From: Candidatus Dormiibacterota bacterium
GTDB lineage: Bacteria > Patescibacteriota > Saccharimonadia > UBA4664 > DATLOE01
Assembly (NCBI GenBank): GCA_035536395.1
Contig: DATLOE010000003.1
Location: forward strand, 35,713 to 99,712
Direction of reading: 5' to 3'
Length of the DNA: 64,000 bases
The notes beneath the pieces are model-generated. The model ran no database searches, was not told the DNA's origin, and saw nothing but the letters and a program-made list of their open reading frames with translations. The position numbers and the translations under genes were made by a program. Below, piece by piece: positions 9,367-18,710 of the stretch (position 1 is its first letter; every line of letters starts with the position of its first letter).

Positions 9367-9501
9367 TTGCACTCCTTTGTCTGGGCATCCAATTTTTTAA
9401 GCTGCCGGACTATCCGGCCTCTTGTCGTATTGGGCGCCGTTTGATAGGTGCTTGGAGGGGATAGGCAGAGCCTAGACGCCATCTCCGTAGCAGTACGCTA
9501 A

Positions 9502-9530
9502 CTTATACAACAATTACTGCAATTATTCAA
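9502..9530 (-). promoter_or_regulatory. promoter for the Ser-rich peptide (about 130-nt leader)
   Basis: TTGAAT-17 nt-TATAAG. Confidence 0.55.
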
Positions 9531-9547
9531 TAGATGAGTAGCTATGT

Positions 9548-9886
9548 TTACAAATAAAACGCCAAGATGCCATGTTCGGCAATTTTTTCTCTATAGCCCT
9601 GAAAGCCATAATAAACCTTTTCGGCTTCCTCTAGGGATTCTATACCTGGCATAACCTTGCCAAAATCACCTGATTTATAGATGTCTTCTACAGATTTATA
9701 GTGCCTAATGTCTTTCACGGTCTTTTCGATCGTGTCGCTACCGCATTTGATTACTAACGTATCGCCAACTTCGATTTTCTTAAACTTAACTGTGCCAGCG
9801 CGGGTTTCTACCGTCTTCCGCCCCACCCGAATATCTTCGAACTCATCCTTATCCCCCGCCCTGAATCTTAGAATATGCTTTTTCAT
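9548..9886 (-). CDS. ASCH domain protein
   Basis: FEDIRVGRKTVETR (GxKxxExR) and IEVGDTL motifs. Confidence 0.9.
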   Translation of the reverse strand: MKKHILRFRAGDKDEFEDIRVGRKTVETRAGTVKFKKIEVGDTLVIKCGSDTIEKTVKDIRHYKSVEDIYKSGDFGKVMPGIESLEEAEKVYYGFQGYREKIAEHGILAFYL

Positions 9887-9960
9887 TTTGCCCCCACTGT
9901 GGATAAATCTATTGTCATAGCGCTTATGCTTGCTACAATAAGCATAAGTATAATATTCAG

Positions 9961-10004
9961 AACTAATGCGAGTGGGGAGTGTAGTTGCTTCCCTCTCGTT
10001 TTTT
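9961..10004 (+). ncRNA. candidate about 45-nt antisense sRNA
   Basis: TATAAT at 9949-9954 facing + with no + ORF; hairpin 9969-9998 followed by TTTTTT (9999-10004). Confidence 0.4.
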
Positions 10005-10013
10005 GATCCTTAA

Positions 10014-10214
10014 CTAGTCGTTAAGAAGATCATTAAGCGAGTCTTTGCCGCGCCGCTCGAGCAGCGTGTCGAGATACATATCAGAGCGAACATTAAAGTC
10101 CACCCCATATTGCTCCTCGATCGTGCGTACGTGGGTATCCCCACGCTTCTCACGAAGCGGGCCTCTGGAGTTTCGGGAGCGGTGACCCCGCATCCCTGGA
10201 GCATCCTTAGCCAT
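10014..10214 (-). CDS. 66-aa charged hypothetical protein
   Basis: SD GAAAGG, then MAKDAPGMRGHRSRNSRGPLREKRGDTHVRTIEEQYGVDFNVRSDMYLDTLL...; internal RGDT/RSDM duplication. Confidence 0.8.
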   Translation of the reverse strand: MAKDAPGMRGHRSRNSRGPLREKRGDTHVRTIEEQYGVDFNVRSDMYLDTLLERRGKDSLNDLLND

Positions 10215-10371
10215 TGCAAGCCTTTCTAGCCGGTGTCTTAAGGTGTTTATCCGGCCAGTCCTCAACCGAACACCACACCGTAAAGGAGAGAGGCCTCCCC
10301 ACTCACATCAATTCTCAAGGAATGAATACTAGGTTAGCAAAAACTCACGTGTCGCACAATACTTATGCTTG

Positions 10372-11058
10372 CTACTTGAGGTAGTTGGGCAAGGCTTGGC
10401 GGTTTGGCAGCCACTTAGTATACCAACCAAGCAGTTCCGGAGGCAAAAGACTGTCATGCAATTCAGTACCGATGAAAGAATGCAATTCGTCAGTAAAATC
10501 AGTAGATCCCGGCAGCACACCCCTATGATGGTATGATGCAGTGCGTTGATCAAACGCCGCTTTGTGCTGACCATACACAATATTTAAATATGGGGTCAGG
10601 CGGTTTCTTTCAGATTCTGAACTAATAAACCACACGTAATGTAGATATTCATGGGCTAAAGTTGCCCTTTGCTCTAATAAATCTCTCTGTAAAATCTCCG
10701 GCGCCAAGTAAATAGTGCCGTCTTTAATAGCGCCATAGGCATGATATGAAGCTGCAAAGCAGCCTGTAGAGCCTGGTGGGCAACCCATTGGAAGAGGGGC
10801 AATCCTAGCCTTTGTTCTTAGTAAATCGTCTCGATTAATACCTAAATCTGCGCCCCACTGCTCAATGCGGCGATCAAGAACAAACTTAGGGTCAATCGGG
10901 AAAGAGCCAAGTCCTATTCTTGGGTTATAGCCTATCTTCTCTCGCACACTCTTGATAAGAGGGTGCTCAATCGCCGTGGGATCCAAGACCAAGCCAATTG
11001 CTAACACGGCAATGATGACTGCAACCTTAAAGCCCGTTTTGAAAACATGCTTTTTCAT
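10372..11058 (-). CDS. exported/membrane-anchored zinc metallopeptidase (HExxH)
   Basis: N-terminal hydrophobic helix; TLAHEYLHYVW with downstream DELHS. Confidence 0.8.
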   Translation of the reverse strand: MKKHVFKTGFKVAVIIAVLAIGLVLDPTAIEHPLIKSVREKIGYNPRIGLGSFPIDPKFVLDRRIEQWGADLGINRDDLLRTKARIAPLPMGCPPGSTGCFAASYHAYGAIKDGTIYLAPEILQRDLLEQRATLAHEYLHYVWFISSESERNRLTPYLNIVYGQHKAAFDQRTASYHHRGVLPGSTDFTDELHSFIGTELHDSLLPPELLGWYTKWLPNRQALPNYLK

Positions 11059-11071
11059 CTTTTAGAAGTTA

Positions 11072-11839
11072 CTAGCTTTCTTTCTGATCCCAAATAATTA
11101 CTTCTTTGTGCAACTCTTGAACTGACTGAAGATAGAAGAGCATATCGCGAGCAGCTCTCTCGACTACATATCCGCGAAGTGAACGCCAATTTTCAACATT
11201 ATCTTGCGACCAGTCTTTTTCAGGAGAATTCAGTAAGAAAGGAAAAAGATTCACATTTTTCTCTAGTTCGGTTAATGCACGTCTTACTTTGAGCATTTTT
11301 GCATAAACGGTTTTTGGCATCACAGAAGAATAATACTGTAGATTCTCATTGGCTGATTTTCTTAATTCTTCAATATTTTTTATTAGGCTGTCCCACTTGT
11401 CGGGTGGTAGCTTAGTCATAGCTTGACCCAGGTCAATTGCAATTAAATTACTGAGTATAGCCTCTTGTGCAGCTTTAGTGGATTCTTCCTGACGGTCGGT
11501 ATCAATTTTGTATTGGGTTATATCAAAGCCTAAAGGTGATGACACCCAGATGATAAGCGTATTACGAAGTCTTTTCATATCCTCAAGGGCGGATTCCATG
11601 CCCTCGCGAAGGCTAAGCTTATCCTTCCTATCCTTCAGTACCTCGATGAAAAATACGGTGAGCAGGGAGCTAAAGGCGCCGGCAGAGAGGTTAAGGGTCA
11701 TGTCACTCCACCGAAAGTGCTTTTCCTGATAGCCTAATGCCACAAAGAGTCCAACCGACATCACCAAAAGGGCGAGAAAAATAATGATATTAGCACGAGA
11801 GTAAAGGAGCCTGTAAAATTTCCTAAAGGCCCGACGCAT
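11072..11839 (-). CDS. hypothetical protein, two N-terminal TM helices
   Basis: 255-aa AT-rich ORF starting 3 nt after rpsJ stop. Confidence 0.75.
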   Translation of the reverse strand: MRRAFRKFYRLLYSRANIIIFLALLVMSVGLFVALGYQEKHFRWSDMTLNLSAGAFSSLLTVFFIEVLKDRKDKLSLREGMESALEDMKRLRNTLIIWVSSPLGFDITQYKIDTDRQEESTKAAQEAILSNLIAIDLGQAMTKLPPDKWDSLIKNIEELRKSANENLQYYSSVMPKTVYAKMLKVRRALTELEKNVNLFPFLLNSPEKDWSQDNVENWRSLRGYVVERAARDMLFYLQSVQELHKEVIIWDQKES

Positions 11840-11842
11840 ACA

Positions 11843-12184
11843 TTACATCTTAATTTCTATGTCCACCCCAGCGGGGAGGTTCAAATTCATCAGGTTGTCT
11901 ACGGTCTTTGGCGTAGGCTCTGTAATGTCTATTAAGCGCTTATGTGTGCGCATCTCAAACTGTTCCCGCGCTTTCTTAAAAATGTGCGGGCTTTTAATAA
12001 CGGTAGTCACGTTTCTATCTGTCGGCAGCGGAATCGGCCCGGCCACTTTGGCGCCGGTACGAATCGCCGTATCTAGAATCTGCTTGGCAGACTGATCTAT
12101 CACCTTATTGTCATACGCCTTTAAGCGAATGCGTATTCTCTGTTTGGGTGCTTCAGTATTTTCTTTCTTTTTTGCTTCTGCCAA
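11843..12184 (-). CDS. rpsJ: 30S ribosomal protein S10
   Basis: [32 protein letters not shown]. Confidence 0.98.
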   Translation of the reverse strand: MAEAKKKENTEAPKQRIRIRLKAYDNKVIDQSAKQILDTAIRTGAKVAGPIPLPTDRNVTTVIKSPHIFKKAREQFEMRTHKRLIDITEPTPKTVDNLMNLNLPAGVDIEIKM

Positions 12185-12209
12185 GGTGCTATAGTTCCGT
12201 TATTATCCG

Positions 12210-13388
12210 TTACTTTAAGATCTTACTTACGACACCGGCACCTACTGTGCGTCCGCCTTCGCGAATAGCAAAGCGCAGACCGTCTTCCATGGCAATTGGG
12301 GCAATCAGCTTAACTTTAACGCTGATGTTATCGCCCGGCATGACCATTTCTGTGCCCTCCGGCAGGGTAACCTCGCCGGTAACATCGGTGGTACGAATGT
12401 AGAACTGAGGCTTGTAACCCTTGAAGAATGGGGTGTGACGTCCGCCTTCCTCTTTCTTCAGTACGTATACTTCTGCGTCGAACTCAGTGTGAGGGGTAAT
12501 AGTACCGGGCTTAGCCAGAACCTGGCCGCGCTCAATGTCATCGCGCTCAATACCGCGCAACAGGGCGCCAACGTTATCGCCGGCCTGTGCGTCTGGCAGA
12601 AGCTTCTTGAACATTTCTACCCCGGTAATCACGGTCTTCTTGGTAGCATTAATGCCGACAATTTCGACTTCGTCGTTTACAGCCAGCTTACCGCGCTCAA
12701 TACGGCCGGTAGCAACTGTACCGCGGCCTTTAATAGAGAACACGTCTTCTACCGGCATTAAGAACGGCTTTTCTACATCGCGCTTTGGCTCTGGTACGTA
12801 GGAATCCAGGGCGTCCATAAGGTCGGTAATGCTTTTTTCAGCATCGGCGTCGCCTTCTAGCGCTTTAAGAGCAGAACCCTTAACAATCGGGGTGTCATCG
12901 CCCGGAAAGTCATACTTCTTCAGTAAATCACGGATTTCGAGCTCTACCAGCTCAGCCAGCTCTGGGTCGGCCATATCCATCTTGTTCATGTAAACAATGA
13001 TGTAAGGCACACCAACCTGACGGGCAAGCAGAATGTGCTCGCGGGTCTGGGGCATTGGGCCATCGGCAGCTGAAACCACAAGAATAGCGGCATCCATCTG
13101 GGCGGCTCCGGTAATCATGTTCTTAACGTAGTCGGCGTGGCCTGGGCAGTCTACGTGGGCGTAGTGCCTTTTGTCTGTTTCGTACTCCTGATGAGAAGTA
13201 GCAATAGTAATACCGCGCTCTTTCTCTTCTGGAGCGTTATCAATATCTTCGTATTTGCGGGCCGTAGCCTGACCTGATTTGCTAAGTACGTGTGTAATAG
13301 CGGCTGTCAGGGTAGTTTTGCCGTGGTCAACGTGGCCAATGGTGCCGACATTGATGTGGGGCTTGGTACGTGTAAATGTTTCTGCCAT
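12210..13388 (-). CDS. tuf: elongation factor Tu
   Basis: [33 protein letters not shown]. Confidence 0.99.
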   Translation of the reverse strand: MAETFTRTKPHINVGTIGHVDHGKTTLTAAITHVLSKSGQATARKYEDIDNAPEEKERGITIATSHQEYETDKRHYAHVDCPGHADYVKNMITGAAQMDAAILVVSAADGPMPQTREHILLARQVGVPYIIVYMNKMDMADPELAELVELEIRDLLKKYDFPGDDTPIVKGSALKALEGDADAEKSITDLMDALDSYVPEPKRDVEKPFLMPVEDVFSIKGRGTVATGRIERGKLAVNDEVEIVGINATKKTVITGVEMFKKLLPDAQAGDNVGALLRGIERDDIERGQVLAKPGTITPHTEFDAEVYVLKKEEGGRHTPFFKGYKPQFYIRTTDVTGEVTLPEGTEMVMPGDNISVKVKLIAPIAMEDGLRFAIREGGRTVGAGVVSKILK

Positions 13389-13408
13389 TTCTTCTCCTTA
13401 TGGGCTGT

Positions 13409-13530
13409 TTCATTTCAGATTGTTAACCCCGTGAGGACGATCAGCTATCTGAAATGAAGATTTAGTTAACAAAAAATAATGTCCGGTAATCGAACCATTA
13501 AATTATAGGGAGAAGTTCTCCTTTTGTAAA
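13409..13530 (-). promoter_or_regulatory. tuf promoter and leader hairpin
   Basis: TTTACA-17 nt-TATAAT (13502-13530); perfect 12-bp stem TTCATTTCAGAT/ATCTGAAATGAA (13409-13458). Confidence 0.75.
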
Positions 13531-13543
13531 GGGGGTAAAAAGG

Positions 13544-13573
13544 AAAAGCGGCCCGCTAATTGCGCGAGCCGCT
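13544..13573 (-). terminator. intrinsic terminator
   Basis: AGCGGCTC...GGGCCGCTTTT overlapping the stop of the upstream ORF. Confidence 0.75.
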
Positions 13574-13994
13574 ATGTGGCAAACCTTTCTGTACGCTGCC
13601 TGGAGACGACAACCATCTTAATGTACCTATCTGCCAGCTGGGCGTACATTTCCTGCTCCTCCTCAGTAAACCGCTGATTAATGATTATCGGCGCTAAATC
13701 GGCAGTAAATCGGATAGCATACGCCTCTATACTTGGCAGATACTTAAGAATCGCGTGGTGAGCACGCAGGTTTTCATCTAGCTCCGGGTAGTAACAGGTG
13801 CCCAAATTGAGCTTCCCGTACCACATCGCCTCAGCTTCGGGCCGGCCCTCTTTCTTCCACTGCTTTACCTGTTCTAGCATCGGCATAAGATACTGGTGGT
13901 GAATATTACCTCCAGCCGGTATTTCTGTAACGCCTCTCTGTGCCAGTGCACAGCAAAAACCTAGGAAAAAGTGTAGAGTAGGGTGCTCTTCCAT
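13572..13994 (-). CDS. hypothetical protein
   Basis: SD GAGGAG before ATG 13994; TG-T-TATAAT promoter near 14055; own terminator. Confidence 0.7.
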   Translation of the reverse strand: MEEHPTLHFFLGFCCALAQRGVTEIPAGGNIHHQYLMPMLEQVKQWKKEGRPEAEAMWYGKLNLGTCYYPELDENLRAHHAILKYLPSIEAYAIRFTADLAPIIINQRFTEEEQEMYAQLADRYIKMVVVSRQRTERFAT

Positions 13995-14149
13995 GCTCCT
14001 CACCTCGCTCGAAAATGTGTATATGCAACCCAGCTTTGTGCTCGGTTGGCTCGATTATAACAGATAAAACCGAAACCTGGCCTTATAGGGTATAATGGGT
14101 TCGATTTGGAATAAACCAAGTTGACCCTCTACAAGCGAAAGCGAGCCGC

Positions 14150-15112
14150 ATGAAGCTCAGAGATATGGAGTTCGGCAATGTCTTCTGTGCTCCGGGTGCT
14201 CGCGGCTTCGGCGGCGAGGGCTACCCGTTCCACAAGGCAGCCCGGCTGCTAGGTATGACCTGGAAAGGCACCACATTCGTAGCCAAAACCATGACCATGA
14301 GAGCCTGTATCGGCAACCTGCCGCTAAAGGGTGACGGGATGACACCGAAAGAGAAGCGGCCGAGGTCGGTTGTAGTTAAGCCATTCAGCGGGCACGTGCT
14401 GAATGCAGCCGGCCTGAGTAATCCGGGTGCGGCCTGGCTGTTTTCCCGAGCTGGGTGGAATAACCTCACGGAGCCTTTCGTGCTCTCCTTTATGGCGGCT
14501 GAGGAAACCCCGGAAGCGCGAATGAATGAGCTGAACCAGTTCGTAACAGTGTTCGAACATTACCTGTACGCACTGAGTGATTTCCAGGCACCGGTGGCGC
14601 TTCAGCTGAACTTCGGTTGCCCAAATATGAGCTTTAGGGCCGACGCACTGCTAGATGAAATCCGCGAAATGCTAGAACTCGCCTCTGGACTGAGCATTCC
14701 CCTGATTGCCAACTTCAGCCCGGTGACGCCAGAGCAGGTAGTTGCCCAGACGGCCTCACACCCGGCTTGTGACGCGCTCTGGATTGCCAACACCGTACCA
14801 TGGGGCTACCCCGAGATCGATTGGCAAAGGATCTTCGGTACAGAAGCTTCACCACTAAGAGAGCAGGGCTTTGAGCAGAGCGGAGGCTTAAGCGGCCCGG
14901 CCTGCCTGCCGCTCACGGCCGCACTGGTTAAGAAAGCCCGGGAGTACGGCATAAGTAAGCCAATCGTAGCCGGCAATGGCATTCAGCGAGCAGAAGACGT
15001 ATTACTGCTGAAGGATGTCGGCGCAGATGCCATAGCGCTTGGTATAGTTGGTATGGTTCGCCCCTGGAGGATGCGCGGCATCATCCGTACTGCAAATGAG
15101 GTGCTCGCCTAA
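14150..15112 (+). CDS. pyrD: dihydroorotate dehydrogenase-like flavoprotein (class 1-like)
   Basis: AKTMT, LNAAGLSNPG, LNFGCPN (catalytic Cys loop), ANT, GGLSG, GNGI motifs. Confidence 0.8.
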   Translation: MKLRDMEFGNVFCAPGARGFGGEGYPFHKAARLLGMTWKGTTFVAKTMTMRACIGNLPLKGDGMTPKEKRPRSVVVKPFSGHVLNAAGLSNPGAAWLFSRAGWNNLTEPFVLSFMAAEETPEARMNELNQFVTVFEHYLYALSDFQAPVALQLNFGCPNMSFRADALLDEIREMLELASGLSIPLIANFSPVTPEQVVAQTASHPACDALWIANTVPWGYPEIDWQRIFGTEASPLREQGFEQSGGLSGPACLPLTAALVKKAREYGISKPIVAGNGIQRAEDVLLLKDVGADAIALGIVGMVRPWRMRGIIRTANEVLA

Positions 15113-15114
15113 AT

Positions 15115-15147
15115 AAAAAAGCCCCTGACTTAGAAGTCGGGGGCTTT
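15115..15147. terminator. bidirectional terminator between pyrD and fusA
   Basis: AAAAAAGCCCCTGACT-TAGA-AGTCGGGGGCTTT. Confidence 0.85.
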
Positions 15148-15153
15148 CGCCTT

Positions 15154-17235
15154 TTAAGCCTTGGCTGTGCGCTTACCTATAATTTCTTCAGCCACATTCG
15201 GCGGCACTTCCTCGTAATGATCAAATTCCATCGAGTTCGAGGCCCGGCCTTGGGTCATTGAACGCAGAGTGGTGGTGTAGCCGAACATCTCTGCCAGCGG
15301 CACGAACGCGTCTACCACCTTGGCCTGGCCACGGTCATCCATTTTCTCTATCCGCCCGCGCTTGGAGTTAAGATCACCGATAACATCACCCATAAACTCC
15401 TCGGGTGTTACCACCTCTACCTTCATGACTGGCTCGAGCAGTACCGGGCTGGCCTGCTTTACGCCGGCCTGCAGTGCCATGGAACCGGCAATCTTAAAGG
15501 CCATTTCGCTAGAGTCTACATCGTGGTACGAGCCATCGTAGAGCTTAACGTGCACATCTACCACCGGGTAGCCGGCCAGAACACCATTCTGCAAAGCTTC
15601 TTTTACACCCTGCTCAACTGGGGCAATGTATTCGCGCGGAATATTACCGCCGGTAATAGCGTTCTTGAATTCAAAGCCTGCGCCCGGCTCCTGCGGGGTC
15701 AGCTCCAGCCAGACATGGCCGTACTGGCCGCGGCCGCCGGATTGGCGAATGTACTTGCCTTCGATCTTGGCCGGCTTGCGAATGGTTTCGCGGTAAGCCA
15801 CCTGCGGGCGGCCAATATTGGCCTCTACCTTAAACTCACGCTTCATACGATCTACAATAATATCCAGGTGCAGCTCGCCCATACCAGAAATCAAAGTCTG
15901 GTTGGTTTCGTGATTAGTCGTCATTCTAAATGTCGGATCTTCCTCGGCCAGGCGCTGCAGAGCAATACTCATCTTCTCTTGGTCGGCCTTGGTCTTCGGC
16001 TCGATGGCGATGGAAATAACCGGCTCTGGGAAGGTGATAGATTCCAGTACAATCGGGTGAGCCGGATCGCACAAGGTATTACCAGTAGTGGTAGCCTTAA
16101 GCCCCACGGCGGCGGCGATTTCGCCCGAATAGACCTCGCTGACTTCCTCGCGGTGGTTTGCGTGCATTCTAAGTATTCGCCCCAGCCGCTCCTTTTCGCC
16201 CGTGCTGGAGTTTAGGATATATGAGCCGGATTTTAATACACCCGAGTACACACGGAAAAAAGCCAGCTTACCCACGAACGGGTCGGCGGCGATCTTAAAG
16301 GCCAGGGCAGCAAACGGCTCTTCGTCTGATGCCTTACGGGTAATCTCATCGCCGCTTTTAGGCTCGATACCAGTAATTTCTGGCACATCCAGCGGGCTGG
16401 GCAGGTATGCATTTACGGCATCAAGCAGCTGCTGCACGCCTTTGTTCTTTAGGGCCGAACCACATAATACGGGGTAGATTTCGTTAGCAAGTACCGCCTT
16501 GCGCAGACCGGCCACGATATCTTCAGGACTTAGGTCACCAGCTTCTATGTATTTATCTAGCAAGGCCTCATCGGTCTCGGCTACCCGCTCTACCAAAGTG
16601 TGGCGGTACTCAGCGGCTTTTTCCTTCATGTCTTCTGGAATCTCAGCTTCGTCAAAAACCTTACCGAGGTCGTCTTTAAAGATAATCGCCTTCATATTTA
16701 CTAGGTCTATAATTCCTTTGAATCCACCCTCTGTGCCAATCGGCAGCTGTATGGCTACAGCCTTTTTGCTTAGGCGATCCCAAATGCTTTTAAGGTCGGC
16801 AAAAAAATCGGCACCGGTACGATCGAGCTTGTTTACAAAGCAAATGCGCGGCACTTCATATTTGTCGGCCTGGCGCCAAACGGTTTCTGATTGCGGTTCA
16901 ACACCAGCAACCCCATCAAAAACCGTTACTCCGCCATCTAGCACCCGCAAGCTGCGCTCTACCTCTACGGTAAAATCTACGTGGCCCGGGGTATCGATGA
17001 TGTTAATGCGGTGATCTTGCCAGAAGCAAGTGGTAGCAGCCGAGGTAATAGTAATGCCGCGCTCCTGCTCTTGCTCCATCCAGTCCATGGTGGCTTCACC
17101 CTCATGCACCTCACCGATTTTGTGGGTGCGACCGGTGTAAAACAAAACCCGCTCGGTAACTGTCGTTTTACCGGCGTCGATGTGGGCGATGATGCCTATA
17201 TTCCTGGTTTTTTCTAAGCTATATTCTCTGGCCAT
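15154..17235 (-). CDS. fusA: elongation factor G
   Basis: [28 protein letters not shown]. Confidence 0.99.
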   Translation of the reverse strand: MAREYSLEKTRNIGIIAHIDAGKTTVTERVLFYTGRTHKIGEVHEGEATMDWMEQEQERGITITSAATTCFWQDHRINIIDTPGHVDFTVEVERSLRVLDGGVTVFDGVAGVEPQSETVWRQADKYEVPRICFVNKLDRTGADFFADLKSIWDRLSKKAVAIQLPIGTEGGFKGIIDLVNMKAIIFKDDLGKVFDEAEIPEDMKEKAAEYRHTLVERVAETDEALLDKYIEAGDLSPEDIVAGLRKAVLANEIYPVLCGSALKNKGVQQLLDAVNAYLPSPLDVPEITGIEPKSGDEITRKASDEEPFAALAFKIAADPFVGKLAFFRVYSGVLKSGSYILNSSTGEKERLGRILRMHANHREEVSEVYSGEIAAAVGLKATTTGNTLCDPAHPIVLESITFPEPVISIAIEPKTKADQEKMSIALQRLAEEDPTFRMTTNHETNQTLISGMGELHLDIIVDRMKREFKVEANIGRPQVAYRETIRKPAKIEGKYIRQSGGRGQYGHVWLELTPQEPGAGFEFKNAITGGNIPREYIAPVEQGVKEALQNGVLAGYPVVDVHVKLYDGSYHDVDSSEMAFKIAGSMALQAGVKQASPVLLEPVMKVEVVTPEEFMGDVIGDLNSKRGRIEKMDDRGQAKVVDAFVPLAEMFGYTTTLRSMTQGRASNSMEFDHYEEVPPNVAEEIIGKRTAKA

Positions 17236-17309
17236 GCTTCATAAATTAAAAATGGGCGTCGGCTGACACCTTGAATAGTCTATCTTATATAACCGGTTTA
17301 TTCAATAGA

Positions 17310-17337
17310 AAAGCGGGGTAACAAACGTTACCCCGCA
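17310..17337 (-). terminator. intrinsic terminator
   Basis: GCGGGGTAAC/GTTACCCCGC stem with T-tract on minus strand. Confidence 0.8.
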
Positions 17338-17342
17338 TGTAG

Positions 17343-17834
17343 CTAAAAGCGATGGTCTTTTACCTCACGCCCTATTATCTGTACCTTACCGCAGCAGATG
17401 ACAAAATACTTCTTTTCCCAAGTATCACCATCGACACTATCGAAGGTTTGCTCGTACGACCTAATAAGCGGCTGAGACGCTCCGCAGCTAGGGCACTCCT
17501 CGTGCTTAACTTCTGCCAGCGTCTGGACTAGCCGTCTGTTTTCGGCCACCTCTACCTCCTCCGGCAGAAGCAATTCCACCAGCAGAGGGTAGCCATCTGA
17601 GTCCATAAAGGTATAGTGAGCACCATACTTGCCTGGATCTGCGGTATTCCAGCATCTTGGCAATGCCGCCAAGATTTCTTTTATCTCTTTCAGTTCCTGG
17701 GCTCTTTGGTGGGTTTCATTTAGATATGCCTGAGCCTGCCCTCGCTTGTAATTGAGTTCCTCTACTTCAGCCTCGAACTCATCAGACGGGAGCAGGCCTG
17801 TGCCCTGGGCGGTTCTGACAGCTGTAAGGTTCAT
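17343..17834 (-). CDS. hypothetical protein with C-terminal zinc-ribbon-like motif
   Basis: N-terminal coiled coil; CPSCG...ICCG; SD GGAG. Confidence 0.7.
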   Translation of the reverse strand: MNLTAVRTAQGTGLLPSDEFEAEVEELNYKRGQAQAYLNETHQRAQELKEIKEILAALPRCWNTADPGKYGAHYTFMDSDGYPLLVELLLPEEVEVAENRRLVQTLAEVKHEECPSCGASQPLIRSYEQTFDSVDGDTWEKKYFVICCGKVQIIGREVKDHRF

Positions 17835-17912
17835 CTTCTCTCCAATCGAAAGTAGGTAGCGACATCATACAGCCTGCGGGTGAGAGGTTCTAGTCAAAAC
17901 CTTTTGACTAAG

Positions 17913-18575
17913 CTAGGCGTAATTCAATTCTGCGAAGAAGCGCTGGCTGGGGTTTTGGGCGAGCAGGTATATTAGATCGGGCACGCTTACAATCAGTTTG
18001 TCGTCTTTAATATCCGCAATATCAGCCCAAAAGCTCTCGCCGGCTTTAACCCTAGCTTTAAGTTTGCCAGACGGGCTCTGCCCGTAAAAGAGGTGGAACA
18101 GAATCTGGCTGACCGGCTCCCCTTCCTCGCAGATAGAAATGTAGCCATCACCGCGGTGTGTGAGCGCAACACTCAAACCTGTCTTTTCCTTAAGTTCGCG
18201 CTCAGCTGCCTCTTTAACACTCTCACCTATGTGCAGCTTACCGTACGGAAAGCCCACCTGGCCGTACAGAGGCTGGCGGCGGCGGCGGAACATCAGCCAC
18301 TGCCCTTCCTCGTTTTGGCAGACGATCAAAGTTACGATTCTAGGCTGCAAACGCGGTTTAAAAAGCTGCAGACTGAACTGGTCGGCCCGCACCTTGCCCT
18401 CTGGTGTCAGCTCATATAGACCATCGTCTGTCTTTTCCACCAAACCCTCTTTTGTCAGCTGGCGCAGGTGGTACATAAAGAGATTACCCTCCACCTCAGC
18501 CGGCTTAAGTTGGGAATAACGCAGCTGGGAGTTGGTGATTAGTTTATGGAAGATGTGTTTTTGCAGACGGTGCAT
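17913..18575 (-). CDS. winged-HTH plus NUDIX hydrolase fusion (putative regulator)
   Basis: N-terminal LRYSQL..GNLFMYHLRQLTKEGLVEK..YELT; Nudix box GKLHIGESVKEAAERELKEKTG. Confidence 0.9.
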   Translation of the reverse strand: MHRLQKHIFHKLITNSQLRYSQLKPAEVEGNLFMYHLRQLTKEGLVEKTDDGLYELTPEGKVRADQFSLQLFKPRLQPRIVTLIVCQNEEGQWLMFRRRRQPLYGQVGFPYGKLHIGESVKEAAERELKEKTGLSVALTHRGDGYISICEEGEPVSQILFHLFYGQSPSGKLKARVKAGESFWADIADIKDDKLIVSVPDLIYLLAQNPSQRFFAELNYA

Positions 18576-18601
18576 AATTAATTAATAGTCCTTCGTGCTA
18601 G

Positions 18602-18663
18602 AGCATACCAGTTAATTATTTTTGACTCAAATTTTTTCGACTAGATACTATTTGACTCAAATT
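18602..18663. promoter_or_regulatory. promoter of HTH-NUDIX gene with repeated palindromic operator candidates
   Basis: Minus-strand TTGAGT-17 nt-TATGCT (18602-18630); TTTGACTCAAATT at 18621 and 18651. Confidence 0.6.
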
Positions 18664-18710
18664 CTAATATGAGGTCGTTGGGTGAGAAAGCAACTTGAAA
18701 AGGAGCCGAA

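Noticed and set aside
9137-9482. ORF-track frames 9137-9400(+), 9177-9464(+) and 9165-9482(-)
   Set aside because: They lack SD/promoter support and run through the terminator; the 9211-9366 frame has SD, promoter and terminator.
9898-9906. Perfect DnaA box (TGTGGATAA) upstream of the ASCH gene
   Set aside because: Single copy with no box cluster or dnaA/dnaN context; one 9-mer hit in 64 kb is expected by chance, so no oriC call.
6358-10368. GCATAA/TTATGC as Xer dif-like (pdif) sites
   Set aside because: dif needs GCATAA-N6-TTATG in 11-6-11 geometry; no copy has that spacing, and the pair at 9923-9948 faces the opposite way.
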